A DNA stretch of 64,000 bases from Vicugna vicugna (taxonomy: Eukaryota). The notes beneath the pieces are model-generated. The model searched no databases. It was not told the DNA's origin and saw only the letters and a list, made by a program, of their open reading frames with translations. A program made the position numbers and the translations under genes. Position 1 is the stretch's first letter; each line of letters starts with the position of its first letter. Shown here one piece after another: positions 50,321 through 63,653 of the stretch. The stretch lies in NCBI GenBank assembly GCA_013265495.1, contig MU058065.1, forward strand, positions 5,120,976 through 5,184,975. The letters are read 5' to 3'.

Positions 50321-51062
50321 CTTGGGAATGCAATTTGGTGCAGCCTTTATGGAAAACACTATGGAGATTCCTTAAAAAGCTGAAAAGAGACTTAACCCTA
50401 TGATCCAGCAATCCCACTCCTGGGCATATATCCAGAGGGAACTCTAATTCAAAAAGATACATGCAACCCAATGTTCATAGCAGCACTATTCACAATAGCC
50501 AAGACATGGAAGCAACCTAAATACCCATCGATAGACGAATGGATAAAGAAGTTGTGGTATATACAATGGAGTATTACTCAGCCATAAAAAAGAATAAAAT
50601 TATCAGATTTGCAGCAACATGGATGGACCTGGAGATTGTCATACTAAGTGAAGTAAGTCAGACAAAGAAAGAAAAATACCATATAGTATCACTTATATGT
50701 GGAAAATTGATTTTTTAAAAAAAGGCACAAATGAACTTATTTACAAAACAGAAAAAGACTCACAGACATAGAAAACAAACTTATGGTTACCAGGGGGTAG
50801 GTGGGAGATGGAAGGATAAATTGGGAGTTCAGGATTTGCAGATACTAACTACTATATATAAAATAGGTAAACAACAAGGTCCTACTGTATAGCACAGGGA
50901 ACTATATTCAATACCCTGTAATAGCTTATAATGAAAAAGAATATGAAAAGGAATATATATATATATATATATTTGTATAACTGAATCACTATGTTATACA
51001 CCAGGAATTAATACAACATTGTAAAGTGACTATACTTCAATTAAAAAAAAAACTTAAAAAAA
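50321..51062 (+). mobile_element. 5'-truncated lineage-specific L1
   Basis: ORF2 C-terminus (TATGATCCAGCAATCCCACTCCTGGG), full 3'UTR, A-tail, and TSD core TCACCAGCT at 50312-50320 and 51063-51071. Confidence 0.93.
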
Positions 51063-53199
51063 TCACCAGCTGTCTATAATCCACCAAGCAACACATGCTC
51101 ATGGAGTTTGAGCACCATCTAGGACTTGACAGGGAGAGGTATGCAAAGGAAAATAAGGTATGGTCCCTATTTTATGGAAGAATCTACTTGAGGGCATAAG
51201 ACAAGCAACGAGGAAACACTGAAGTCCCAACACAGCATTAAATTGCAGGTGTCACTGAGCGGAAGAAATAATGCAGCATTTAGGAATCTTTTGCTGCACG
51301 CAACAGTGACAGAGCAGAAAAGACATACAATGCGAGCACAGGGAGAGCCAGAGGTTGGGAAAGAAAGTTGCACAAGCAGGAAGCCCCAAAGCGCCTTAGT
51401 GAAAGGAGCTTCTTGAAAGCTTAGCCCAACCACCATGGCTGGAATGAATGAACAATTGCCAGCCATTTCTATCTTTCCCTGATTCTGTTTGAGATTCAAA
51501 GTCCCAGATGAGGGAGCCCCAATGGCTGAGCTTAGACTAATTCTGTCCCCTTTGCCATACTGAACTAATAATCAGAAGAGTGTGGTAGAAAAAGCCCCTC
51601 AGGGCCTCTCAGCCTCTCTCGTAGGAGGGCAGAGTCCTTTGATCATTCTTCTGTGACTCCACCCAATGAGTCATCCAATGAGCCTGTCCGAAAAACAGGC
51701 ACTGAGGTGCTAGCAGGAGGGAGGAAGGGCCACCACAGGATGGCAAATGAGCTTCATGAATCCATGAAGAATCATGGAAAAGGTGGGACTTGAGATTGGT
51801 CCAGTAGGATTTACAGCACTGAATTAGATGGTGAGTGTGTAAAAGCAAGATGAAACCCAGGACTAAAGCACAAAGAGGTGAGGACAGGAGGGGTGAATAT
51901 TACTATCCAAAAATTAAACACTGAATTTTTGGAAAAAGTCCATTGAAATTAAATAATTATATATAGATATGTATATACCACAAGTCTATTTAGCTGCAGG
52001 CAAGAGAACACCCACCAGTGAAGAAATGCACCAAATTAGCAGAGAGGTTCAAAGTCAGGCAGTTTTAAGCTCTAGAAAAGATGTTAATAGTGGTTATGTT
52101 AAACTAGCTCTCTGGGCAGGGCTGCAGGAGTCGGTAGATCGGTGCAGTGTACACAGTTGTTCAAACATGATCTGCTATTTGTGAGTTAAAAAAAGAGTTT
52201 TCAGATAGGTTCAAGAAGGCCTGGCATAAGGGAGTCACTCGGGTTCATAGTTCTTCAACGGTTTTAGGTAGCTGTAAAAAAGCACTGTTTTCAATTTTGA
52301 TATCTCAAGCAAGTAGTAAATCTTCCCCTTAGAGCACCTGGCTACAGTTTAAGTCACATGTTATAGTAATAATGCTATAATTTACATGTGCATGACACTT
52401 TGTTTCTCTATTTTTTTTCACTAATGTTAAATCGAAACTTCTATGCTTAAAGAAAACAAACAAACAATAAAAGCCTCTATACAAATCAACAACCTCTGTT
52501 TCTATTCTCATTTTACAGAAAAGGACCAAGCTCAGAGAGGGAAAAGACTTGTCCAAGATAACAGTCACAATCGTCCTGCTGACTCTGTACATTTATTTTT
52601 CCAAGTCATATTTGATAAAAAGGCAGCAAAATATTTGCACACGTATAAATGTTAGTAACCCATGTCCTCCTAACACATGGACTGAATCAAATAATAAACA
52701 CAAGTCTTTCTAAGGATAATGATGACAGTCCTCTGATTAAAATAATAATAATAATAATAACAATAATAATAATAAAACAGCTTTTTTAACAAGATAGAGT
52801 CATGGAGAGAATCTTTCCTTAGTTAACAAATATTTACTCGGTACTTTGCTTTGTGCAAACTCTCTCCAACACAAGCCAGGGCCCATGAAGCTGGAAAAAG
52901 TCATTGGAATTGCACCAGATGGAGAACAGCAAAGAAGCAGGACTGGCCTGTGGCAAAAGTCTCAGGAGCAAAGAATGCAAAGGAATCCAGGGCAAGGCTA
53001 AGGCTGGAGACTAGAGGAGAACAGGGTATGGAACCAAAGTTTCAGCCTGAAGAAGGAGAAAAGGCAGGAAGAAACCAGAGAGTAACAAGACAGAAGCCAG
53101 AGGCCCCAAGAAGAATGTCAGGGAAGAGGGAGCTGGAGGGTGAGGGCTTTCCCTGCGGCTCATGGTAAAGCACCCACAGCCTCCCCTAAGGGTGAGAGA

Positions 53200-54020
53200 G
53201 GGATGTAAAGGGGCTCAGCCGGCTCCTAGCTCTGCAGGAAAGGAAGACAAAGGAAGCCCAAGAAACAAGCTCCCTCAAAGAGCTCCTGATTAAGCTGGAA
53301 GGATAAACTAGGAACACTTGAAGACACAGTAAATAGCATAGGACAGGAAACCGACACCAAACAAAATAAGTTAATACACGAACAGGAGTTCAGGGAAGGA
53401 AGGGACCACTGTAGGCTCGGGCAGCCTCTGAAAATTTCACCAAGGAATGACACAGACCTTGAGATGTGTGCTTGTGGCCCATGTGTCTTGCCAATTTGCT
53501 TTGAAATGTAATGCAGGCATGTTTTACTTCTCAGTTTATCACTCTCAGGGAGTGTAACCCTCGCTCCCTTTATTTATTTTTTCTCTCCCTACACTGGAGG
53601 ATTTCTCTGAAAGCCAGCCAAAGCAACAGATCGGAATGCCTTCGTTTCATCTAATTTCAACAGACTTACATTGGGTGGCTCACTCTATCCTGGGCACTGG
53701 ACAAAGTACTGGACTTAAGCAAATAAGGACAGAAATTGATAAGAGACAGTTCCCTGTCCTCAAGAAACTCCATTATTTAGGAAATTCAGACACATAAATT
53801 AACCCTTAGAAATCATGGTGGAAACATTGACAAAAAGAATCAATATAAAAGCTAAGAGCACTGAATTCTAGCATTAGGAGGAAAGATCTTTTTTAAATTC
53901 ATCTATTCAACAAATATTTTGAGTGCTTCCCAAGTGCTAAATACTGTAATGAACATTGGGAATCACTGCTTAATGCGCCCAATGTGTCCATTCTTTGGAA
54001 CAGTTTATATTTTAAGTTGG
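53200..54020 (-). mobile_element. Several L2 fragments
   Basis: GGAGTTCAGGGAAGGAAGGGACCACTGTAGGCT, CAGTTCCCTGTCCTCAAGAAACTC, ATTCAACAAATATTTTGAGTGC. Confidence 0.6.
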
Positions 54021-54563
54021 GAAAGAAGTCCATCTAAGGTGAGAACCAAGAGGAGACGTTTTGGTCATCCTGAGACTCTAGCATCAAAAGAATAACAAGT
54101 TGTTGCAGCATGAATCTAATTTGGTATCGTGGTGATGGAAGACTAAGGGTTAGTCTACATCTTTATACATGAGCTGTTCCCACCATTCCTCCCAAACCAC
54201 ATCCAATTGTTTTTCAAACTCAAGGATTTGCCATAAGCAAAAGCAGCAATCCTAAATCAAGAATTCCTGTATTTAAAATTACTCATCAAAAGGAACACTC
54301 ATTATAGAAAGAAGAGTCTCTGCATGGGCAGAGATGAGACCCAGTCTGAAGGGGTGTCAGCCCCGCCGTGCACCACCCGAATGTGTTCTGGGCAGGCAAA
54401 GGAGAGCTCAGAGCTGATGCCCTGATGAGAGCCGACAGAAGGGTCTACAGCTCCCCTTCCTATAGACTGCTCCAGCTTCTTAGCCTGTGCCAGGCTCACA
54501 GAGTTTCTGAAGAACCGAAAAACTGCCACTCAGATCATCTCTGGCCACTGACTATTATGTACC

Positions 54564-54923
54564 TGTCTTAGTTCATTCTGCTATAAGAAAATGCCACAGC
54601 CTGGGTAGCTAATAAACAGTAGACATTTCTCTCTCATAGTCTGGAGGTTGGAAAGTCCAGGATCAAGGTGCAAACATGATTTTGCTCTGGTGAAGTTCCT
54701 CTTCTTGGTTCATAGCCAGGACCTTCTCCCTGTGTCCCTCCAAGGTAGAAGGGGTGAGGGAGCTCTGTGTGTCCCTTTCATAAGGGCACTGACCCCATTC
54801 ACGTGGGCCCTGCCCTCATGACCTAATCACCTCCAAGGCCACACCCACTAGTACCTGCACCTCCCCAGATCAGGATTTCAGTATATGAATCTGGGAGAGA
54901 ACACAGATATTCAGACCACAGCA
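54564..54923 (-). mobile_element. MLT1A/A0 MaLR solo LTR
   Basis: TGTCTTAGT..ATTCAGACCACAGCA; CCCTCATGACCTAATCACCTCC; 5-bp flanks GTACC/CTACC. Confidence 0.9.
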
Positions 54924-55194
54924 CTACCCCATAAGGTTATTGGGAAGATTCGTGAGTTAATAAATGACAGGGACTGGAACTGCCTGCTACACAGAAAGCA
55001 TCATGTAAGTACTACTGGTAGTTGGAGTACCAGTAGTCTCTCCAAAGATATCATGCAATTACCTTTCAAATTCCTAGAAACAAGGGGAGAATGAGAAAAT
55101 CAGTTCACTGACTGACTTGAAACACGGAGGAAGTGTGTAATTGACTGTAAAATACCAATTTTTAAAAACTCAGTTATAAAAACAATGTGGCCAT

Positions 55195-55619
55195 TTGCAG
55201 CAACATGGATGTTCCTGGAGAATGTCCTTCTAAGTGAAGTAAGCCAGAAAGAGAAAGAAAAATACCATATAAGATCGCTCATATGTGGAATCTAAAAAAC
55301 AAAAACAAAAACAAAAAACAAAAAAAAAGCATAAATACAAAACAGAAATAGACTCATAGACATAGAATACAAATTTGTGGTTGCCAAGGGGGCGGAGGGT
55401 GGGAAGGGATAGACGGGATTTCAAAATTGTAGAATAGATAAACAAGATTATACTGTATAGCACAGGGAAATATACACAAGATCTTATGGTAGCTCACAGA
55501 GAAAAAAATGTGACAATGAATATATATATATGTTCATGTATAACTAAAAAATTGTGCCCTACACTGGAATTTGACACAACATTGTAAAATGATTATCAAT
55601 CAATAAAAAATGTTAAAAA
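55195..55619 (+). mobile_element. Young camelid-type L1 3' end
   Basis: L1 3'UTR plus poly(A); perfect 17-bp TSD AAAAACAATGTGGCCAT at 55178-55194 and 55620-55636. Confidence 0.95.
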
Positions 55620-55729
55620 AAAAACAATGTGGCCATGCCCTCCTAGTTTTATAGACTGGCATATGCCATGTGTGTATGTATTTGAGCATGTGCTTACATG
55701 TGTGTGAATGCCAACTTCTTAAAACAGGC

Positions 55730-57537
55730 CTGTACCAATATCTCTGATGAACACAGATGCAAAAAACTTCTCAGAATATTAGCAATCCAAGTTCAACAAG
55801 ACATTAAAAGGATAATGCACCATGATCAAGTGGGATTAATTCCAGGGATCCAAGGACAGTTTAACATCCACAAATCAATAAATGTGATATGCCACATTAA
55901 CAAGATGAAGGATAAAAATCATATGATTATCTCAATAGATGCAGGAAAAATATCTGACAAAGTTCAGCATCCCTTTAGGATAAAAGCTCTCAACAAAATG
56001 GGTATAGGGAGGATATATCTCAAAATAATAAAGGCTGCATATGACAAGCCCAGAGCTAACATCACACTCAGTGGTGAAAAGTTAAAGCTTTTCCTTTAAG
56101 ATCAAGAAAACGAGAAGGGTGTCCATTCTCACTACTTTCATTCAAGACAGTACTGGAAGTCCTGGCCAGAGCAATTAGGCAAGACAAAGAAATAAAAGGC
56201 ATACAAATTGAAAAGGAAAAAGTAAAACTGTCACTACTTGTAGATAGTATGACATTATATAGAGAAAACCCTAAAGACCACACACACACATACATACACA
56301 CTCAAAACTGCTACAACTAATAAAGAAATTCAGTGAAGTTGCAGGATACAAAATCAATATTCAAAAGTCTGTTGTGTTTTTATACACTAATAATGAACTA
56401 TCAGAAATTGAAATCAAGAAAACAATCCCACCTACAGTTGAATCAAAAAGAATTAAAAAACTAGATAAAAATTAAACCAAGGAGGTCAAAAAACTATACA
56501 CTGAAAACTATAAGACACTGATGAAAGAAACTGAAGAAGACACAAATAAATGGACAAATATTTCCTGCTCATGGATTGGAAGAATTAATATAGTTAAAAT
56601 GTCCATACTACCCAAAGCAATCTACAGATTCAATGCAATTCCTATCAAAGCTCCAATTGCATTTTTAACAGAAATAGAACAAACAATCCTAAAATTTGTA
56701 TGAAATGACAAAAGATCCAAAATAGCCAAAGCAATCCTAAGAAAGAACAAAGCCAGAGTCATCTTGCTCCCTAATTTCAAACTACATTACAAAGCTACAG
56801 TAATCAAATGGGCATGGTACTTGTTAAACAGAGGCATACAGATCAATGGAACAGAATAGAGAGCCCAGAAATAAACCCACATGGTCAACGAATATAAGAC
56901 AAAAGAGGCAAGAGTATCCAATGAGGAAAGGACAGCCATATGCAAAAGAATGAAACTACATCAATATCTTATACCACACACACAAAAATAACTCAAGACA
57001 GATTAAAGACTTGAAGCCATAAAACTCCTAGAAGAAAACATAAGGAGTAAGATCCTTGACATCAGTCTTGGAGATTATTTTTTGGATTTGACACCAAAAG
57101 CAAAGGCAAGAAAAGCAAAATTAACAAATAAATAAATAAAGTGAAACTATATCAAACTGAAAAAAAAAAAAACAAGCTCACAGATACAGAGAACAGATCG
57201 GTGGTTGCCAGAGGCAAAGGGATAAGGAATGGGCGAAAATGGGTAAGAGGATCAAAAGGTACAAACTTCTAGTTATAAAATAAGTAAGTCCTGAGGATGT
57301 AATGTAGAGTATGGTGACTATAGCTAATAAGACTGTATTGCATACTTGAAAGTTGCTAAGGGAATAAATAGATCTTAAAAGTTCTCATCACAAGAAAAAA
57401 CATTAACTATGTATAGTGATGGGTGTTAACTAGATTTATTGTGGTGACCATCTTACAATGTATAAAAATAGTGAATATTTATGGTGTACACTTGAAACAA
57501 ACACAATGTTATATGTCAATTATACCTCAATTTAATA
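55730..57537 (+). mobile_element. L1MA-like element: decayed ORF2 RT region plus 3'UTR
   Basis: [49 protein letters not shown]; catalytic FADD reads LVDS at 56237-56248; frameshifts and stops. Confidence 0.95.
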
Positions 57538-57568
<31 letters not shown>

Positions 57569-57578
57569 TAGACAGATA
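57538..57578. repeat. (TAGA)n/(CAGA)n microsatellite in the L1 tail
   Basis: Direct reading. Confidence 0.9.
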
Positions 57579-57819
57579 AACTGGTCCTATAGACAACTAT
57601 AAAAACAGCCTTTTTAAATATTATAGGCAGTTTTCTGTTTTCTCGAAAATGTGTATCATACAATTCATCTGTTCATTTCTTCCATTCATTCTAATCTTTA
57701 TCTAACTCTTCTATGTTCTCCTCTTATTCTAAAACTCTAAAGCAGGAGTGATATTTTGGACATGTTTTCTGATATATTTGCCTTTTCAATAATCTGACTC
57801 TCCTCTCCTTACTCCTAAT

Positions 57820-58685
57820 TGTTCTTGCCTAAAGAAAGAGGAGGGCACAAACCTCCCAGAAAAAGTAAAGGCTGCAATGTAGGGGCAGCTCTTATCAGAA
57901 GAGAAGGGAAAATATAGAGCTCTTTCAGTGCTGGTAGAAGACCATGAGAGGAGAGAGAGGAAGGAAGCAAGCAGTCAGACCCAGGTAAGGGGCATTGCTC
58001 TTCCCCACACCATGGGGTGGAGAGAAGTGGTGGAAACTCACAGACTGGATCAAGTGATCCCAGGAAGGGGTCTGCTCCCTGTTTTTCACACACTCCAGAA
58101 AGACTAGCTTCTTGGAGAAGATAAGATATGGGCATAAAGCCAAACAGATGAGGTGGGCATCCACGCAGTTGTCAACGGCTAAGTGGGCATCTGGGAGCGC
58201 AGAGAGCTCAGCAAGCCCTGGTGGAGATTGTTGCTATGGGGACGGCAGGCCAGCATGGGATTACTAAGAGCATCTGTAAGCCATGGCACGGACTGGTCAT
58301 CGGCAACAAGAGCCAACGTGACACCCCAAAACCAGGTGAGTCCAGTCACACCCAGGAGGCACTAGAGGCGGATACCAACGATTAGAGGGAATGAAGGACC
58401 TCTCAGAGGAATGGAGCAAGGACCCAGCAACACTAAGCACCCCTGGGAAGAAGGAGAGGAAGAGGAGATCGCTTACAAGGAAGACAAATGCCTCTGATTG
58501 AGAGTTTGAATAACTATTTGAAAGAACGATCAGAAATGCCACAGGTTGAGTCATTTTCAAATGATGAGATTAAGTTCCCCATTCTGCCATCAACGAAGCT
58601 GAGGATGAAGCTAACTATGAAAAATAAAATCACATTTTGGAACCTCTCTAGCTGAAACACTGCATGTAGATAGCCCAGAGTTATA
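57820..58685 (+). mobile_element. Possible ancient LTR (MamGypLTR-like)
   Basis: Purine-rich body ending GAGATTAAGTT..TTCTGCCATCA..AAAAATAAA; recognised from memory only. Confidence 0.4.
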
Positions 58686-59336
58686 ATGGCAGCATATCTA
58701 GATTTTCAGAGGCAGCCAGTGTTACTTATAAATAGTCTATTCCATTGTCCTCATAATCTTGATTTTCATTTAGAAAATGATGACTATTATCCAGAGAACA
58801 TGACCATTTCAGAAATGATTAATTTTTTAAAGAAAATAATCATCACATTCCTCGCAACTAAAAGGAAACATTGATAAATATGTAGAAAATATAATGCAGG
58901 CTTCCCACAGTAAGTGAAATCTCTCTTCCAACAAAAGGTGACTCCCACTTGCTTTGGAGGAAGGCAGGTTTCCTTTTGGCCTGCTTTCAAATAAAAAGAA
59001 AATCTGCTTTACTGCATATACACTAGTCCCAGCTTATAAAGGGAAGGCAAAGGCCCAATATAAATATTACAGCCAAAGAAAACCAGAAAGAGAGAAAATT
59101 ATTCTAGGATCAAAAATTAAAATGCCCTTAAAAGCAAGGAGAAGAGAACAGGTCTTCATATGATAATTCAGGGCACAAAGAAATATATTTGAGGGCCCCA
59201 TTCCTTTTCAGACAAATATTATACCATCTCTACTTCACACACCTCAAATCTTCCCCCAAGTCCAGAGAAGTCTGGCTTTTTTCCAACCTGGGAAGAAGTC
59301 TACTAAGTTACTGTCATGCACAAGTCTAGAGATAGA

Positions 59337-59337
<1 letters not shown>

Positions 59338-59385
<48 letters not shown>
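59338..59385. repeat. (TAA)16 microsatellite
   Basis: Direct reading; perfect repeat. Confidence 0.95.
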
Positions 59386-59387
<2 letters not shown>

Positions 59388-59419
59388 CTCCTATTTGCCT
59401 TAGGTCAGAAAACCGAAAA

Positions 59420-60060
59420 TTAACATTGTAAAAAAAAAATAACAAACACATGAAAAAAGATATTTTCCCTTGTAATGGAAAAAAATACCAAAAAAAGTAA
59501 AATGGAGGTGTTACTTTATAGTTTCAAAATTGAGGGGCAAATATTTTTGATGATAATATGCAATTCTGATGAGGTTCCAGGGATGCTAGTACACTCTCTG
59601 CTGGCAGCCTACAAGGCTTTGGTAAGCAACAAGGTGCTACAGAACCAGAGCCACAGATATGTCCCCAGTCTCTGAGCAGCAACACTACCATCCAAGTTCT
59701 GAGAATTAACCTTAAAAAAGGAATTCAGGAAAAGCAAATAGTTATGTGCACAAACATATTTACATATTGTCTATACCACCAAACCAAACACAAAAAACTC
59801 AAAAATTAGAAACAACTACATGTCCAAATAGGTTTATGATTCATTAACATAATGGAATATTCTGCTTCTTTGAAATTACACATAACACAAACCATCTGAA
59901 AATATGGGGTTATGCTAAGTGGAAAAATAGGATATCCATTTTTAGTACCTACCCGGTGTGGTAAGTGTTGAAAATGTTTGCTTGCAACATGAAAATAATA
60001 AAAATAGCTTCATTCTGATAGTGGGGTTCAGATTTTTCCTTGCTTAAAAATGCCTTGTTT
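59420..60060 (+). mobile_element. Old L1ME-like 3' fragment
   Basis: TTCTGAGAATTAACCTTAA, AAATTAGAAACAACTACATGTCCAA, AATGGAATATT, ATGCTAAGTGGAAAAA. Confidence 0.6.
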
Positions 60061-60764
60061 TAATTTTTGTGATCATAATAAGCAAATAAGGTATTGTGTC
60101 TCCTCAAATGTGTATTTTTTTAAGAAAATCCTTTCAAGAGTCAAAGTGGCTCTGACATAAACCCAGATGGTAAAATGACCATGTATTTAAAGAATTTTCT
60201 TTCTGTGTGGACAATTTAGAGATTAAGAAATAAAAGGGAATGACTAGGCTACAGGGAGGAACAGCACCTGGGAGAAGTCTGGCTTACCGATAACCATTTC
60301 CACAACAAAGAGAAGGACACAGGGAATCCAGGGGAGAGAATTTTAAAATTTCATTTCAATTTTCCCTTTATGAAGGTTTCTCTCTGTTAACTATGGAAGG
60401 TGAGAGACAGAACAAAACAAAACAATAAAAAGCAAAAAAACCTCTCTTTGGCTAGCGTTTCTAAGGAGCTAACTGCCAAATATTAGCAGAAAAGAAAACA
60501 GCAGCTTTGACAAGACTTTGCAACTAAATAAGCTTCTCGCACCTAAGAAACTAATGCCCTCACCGAAAGCACCCGAAGGAGCTTTCAAAATTAAAGCTAA
60601 AAGTGACTTGCGGGTAGCCATGCATTAGACAGTGCCCAGCATTTGAAGGTTAAAGTGTTTTCTAAGGAGAGAATGGAAAACAAACTCAGTTAAGTAGAGA
60701 TGGATAGCAAATTGAATTTAGTGCTCAAAGGTGCATTATACTTGGGAGCTGTATTTCTTTAAAT

Positions 60765-60930
60765 GGTCAGCCTGGTAGAGCAGGAAGAGCACTAAACAGG
60801 CATGAGAAAACTGGGTGCTAATCGTGGCTCTGCCGTTAACTACCTGATGCCCTTAGAGAGGGAAAATCACAACTTTGCTTGTTCTTGATTTTTCAATATG
60901 AACATTGAAGGAATTAGGTTAGATTTCCCA
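60765..60930 (+). mobile_element. MIR/MIR3 fragment
   Basis: GGAAGAGCACT..CTGGGTGCTAATCGTGGCTCTGCCGTTAACTA. Confidence 0.6.
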
Positions 60931-61002
60931 GGTCTGCTTATAGGACAGAACCCTCCTGGGGTTGCAGATCATGTCAAGAAGGGCTGCTGTCATTGAATGA
61001 AT

Positions 61003-61588
61003 ATTTCACAGAGATGGAGTGCCCATTGCCAATGTCCTCCAGCCTGAAACTACCAGACATACACCTATATCCATCGCGGTGAGGTTTACTGGCTCATGGC
61101 AAGGAAGGAGACACCACTGTAAGGAGAAGCATAAGACGGGCATCTCAATGAAGAGGTTTTAGGATGAGCTTGTGTTAGGATTTGAACTTCCAGGTAATGT
61201 TAAAGAAGGCTCAAGGATGCATCATTTTGTTTTAAATTGGATGCTGTCAGAAAGTAGAAGCAATTCTATCATCGGGTAGTATCTTAATTTTTTTCTGGTA
61301 GACAAGAGGAACAGAGTGAGTCTAAAGCAGCAGCATGTCACTCATGTCAGCCCAGAATGGGGAATGTTGGCCACGTTGGTTGGGACAGACGTCTCGTTTT
61401 TGACTGTGTGCAGACAATTTTACATGGCGGTTTTGTTTTTGTCTTCCTCCATCCATGATCAGAGAGTGGTATTGTCTGATATTGATATTCTGTGAAATTG
61501 TTTATGTCCAACAGAACTCCACGGTCTAGCTGTTACAGCCAGACAGCTTCAAGCTGACAGCAGTCAGGGGCGACACTTTTCTTTCTCA
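61003..61588 (-). mobile_element. Old ERV1-class LTR (MER110-like)
   Basis: Minus strand begins TGAGAAAGAAAA..CCCCTGACTG; LTR-like length; family assigned from memory. Confidence 0.55.
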
Positions 61589-62319
61589 CCATGAAGAAAA
61601 TAATTAACTCCAGGGATAAGCAATTAGCTCAGAAGCCAGGAAAGGAGGCCCCCAGGCTGGAAGCTATTGAAAGGCAGAGAGTCAATCCATAAAGTGAAAG
61701 CTCTAGGAAAATGAGCCAGAAAACAAGTAAGAGGTATTGACTTGGGGGGAAAAAAAGACAGACTTACGAGCAGGTGACACAGGATAGCTGTGGAACTAAC
61801 CCTGGAATGCAGAGCATCCACAAGGCTGCTCCCTTCATGCACAGGCCTTTACAGTTCATTGCTAGGGTAGGTTTTTAAAGAGACTAAGCTGGGCCAGACA
61901 TAGATCTCAAGTATTTCCCAGCTCTATAATTTTATGAAACCTTCCTCCAAATGGTATTTTTTTTTCTTAAGCACAAAACTGATTTGTGTTTAAAATAACA
62001 AGTTTGGTTTATTTTGTAGTTCATTGTATTAAAAATGGGATTAAGCCATTAGATGATGCATTCTATTCAATTTCTCGATAACCTATGTATGGATCAGGGG
62101 AAGTACCATTTACATTTGGAATGCCATCAAAAATATAAAAATAACCTCTAGGAGAAAATAGGTTTATAGAGGGGGCAAAAATATGCATTTCAGATGATAT
62201 GAAATCTTTCTGGTTTCACAGAGTAAGTCCCATTTCTCAAATCGTGTATCTGCTCATACACAGCATGTACTCTGTTTTGTTTTGTTTTGTTTTAATGTCC
62301 CTATATTGAAAAAACTTAC

Positions 62320-62398
62320 CTTTCCCATGCAGGTCTATTTGTTGATGCTAAAATCCACGGTCCATAATGGTTAATTGGTTACACATTCTGGTAAGCAT
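62320..62398 (-). other. Candidate 79-nt non-coding or 5'UTR exon
   Basis: Acceptor cttctgttttacag|A and consensus donor AAG|gtaagt in repeat-free DNA; stops in all three frames. Confidence 0.35.
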
Positions 62399-63031
62399 CT
62401 GTAAAACAGAAGTTTGGATAATACTAAAGTGCTTAAACAGCACATGTGAAGCACACAGCCTCTCCATCTTACATCTCTGTATTTCTTGGGGTGTATGCTC
62501 GGAACTGGATGGGTATTAGATATCACACAGGGCTACCAGTATCCGAGGAGGCCCTCAAACGACTTTTGGAAGTTGCAGCAGTATTCATGGGCTGCAGAAT
62601 GATAAAATAGTGATTCTGGTGTTAGTTCCAGTAATTGACTTTGCAGCATCAGAGGCAGGGCACCCCCTGCAGAGCACATCAGTAACTTGGTTCCTCTAGG
62701 GGATGTCTTGCCGGCGCCTGGGTGGATCCATGACCTTTGGCAGATGGAGTAGTATTTGAATATACCCAATCAGGAAAATAAAAACAATAAAAGAAAGGCA
62801 ATTTTCTAAATGAAATCTACATGAGCTGAACTTCCTGCAACAGTTCATCAGAACCCATGAGGATCACACAGGAGGTTTTTCAACCACCTCCACAACTCCA
62901 ACTGATCCTGAAAAACCTCTTTTTTTTTAAACTTGCTTCTTAAAATATGCACTAGAAGGAGTAAATAGAAATGTACTTGGCCCCCACCCATTTCAGCATT
63001 TCAGGTGTTTGTTCCTGGTCTCCACTTTAGG

Positions 63032-63032
<1 letters not shown>

Positions 63033-63065
<33 letters not shown>
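63033..63065. repeat. (TG)n microsatellite
   Basis: Direct reading. Confidence 0.95.
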
Positions 63066-63067
<2 letters not shown>

Positions 63068-63479
63068 ATACATATGTGTTTACAATCTTACACCCATTGT
63101 AATATTTGTTAACAAAAAGCAAAAGAATATTTCCCCCTCTCAGGAAAAACCTCCATAAGACCTTTTCTGAACAGAGTTTTAGTGGAAAGAACAAATCACG
63201 CAATTATGGACCAGCTAGAATTTCTTAAGATTCAGGTTCCATTACCATTATTTGTACCTCAAAAGGAACCCCAAGATTCATCCTGTCTTCCCAGTCCCCC
63301 AGTGATGGGGCTGAACTTTGTGAAAATTGTCAAAGCTCATACAGAGGGTTAACTTGGGGCTCTTGGATGATGGCTGCCTTTACTGCACGATGTGTATCCA
63401 AGCGCATATTTCCTTTTAAATTCGGATGTGAGGCCACAGTCACCTGCACTGAGACGCTCACATGGGTCACTGTTTCAGG

Positions 63480-63653
63480 TAGCGGTTCCCACACTTCGCT
63501 GCATATCAGAACCACCAGAAGGCTGATAAAAAATCCTGATGCCAGGCCCATCCCAGACCATTTAAATAAAAATCTCTGCAGGTGGATCCAGCATCAGTAC
63601 TTTTTAAAGCTCCGCAGTTGATTCCAATGTGCCAACAAACTTCAGGACCACTG
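63480..63653. mobile_element. MER5-type hAT-Charlie MITE
   Basis: TAGCGGTTCCCA..GGACCACTG termini; CTGCATATCAGAACCACC; TTTTAAAGCTCC..TGATTCCAATGTGC. Confidence 0.8.

Noticed and set aside
55698..56703. Reverse-transcriptase-like ORFs (133 aa and 60 aa) as a novel RT system
   Set aside because: Ordinary decayed L1 ORF2; frameshifted, with the catalytic FADD mutated to LVDS.
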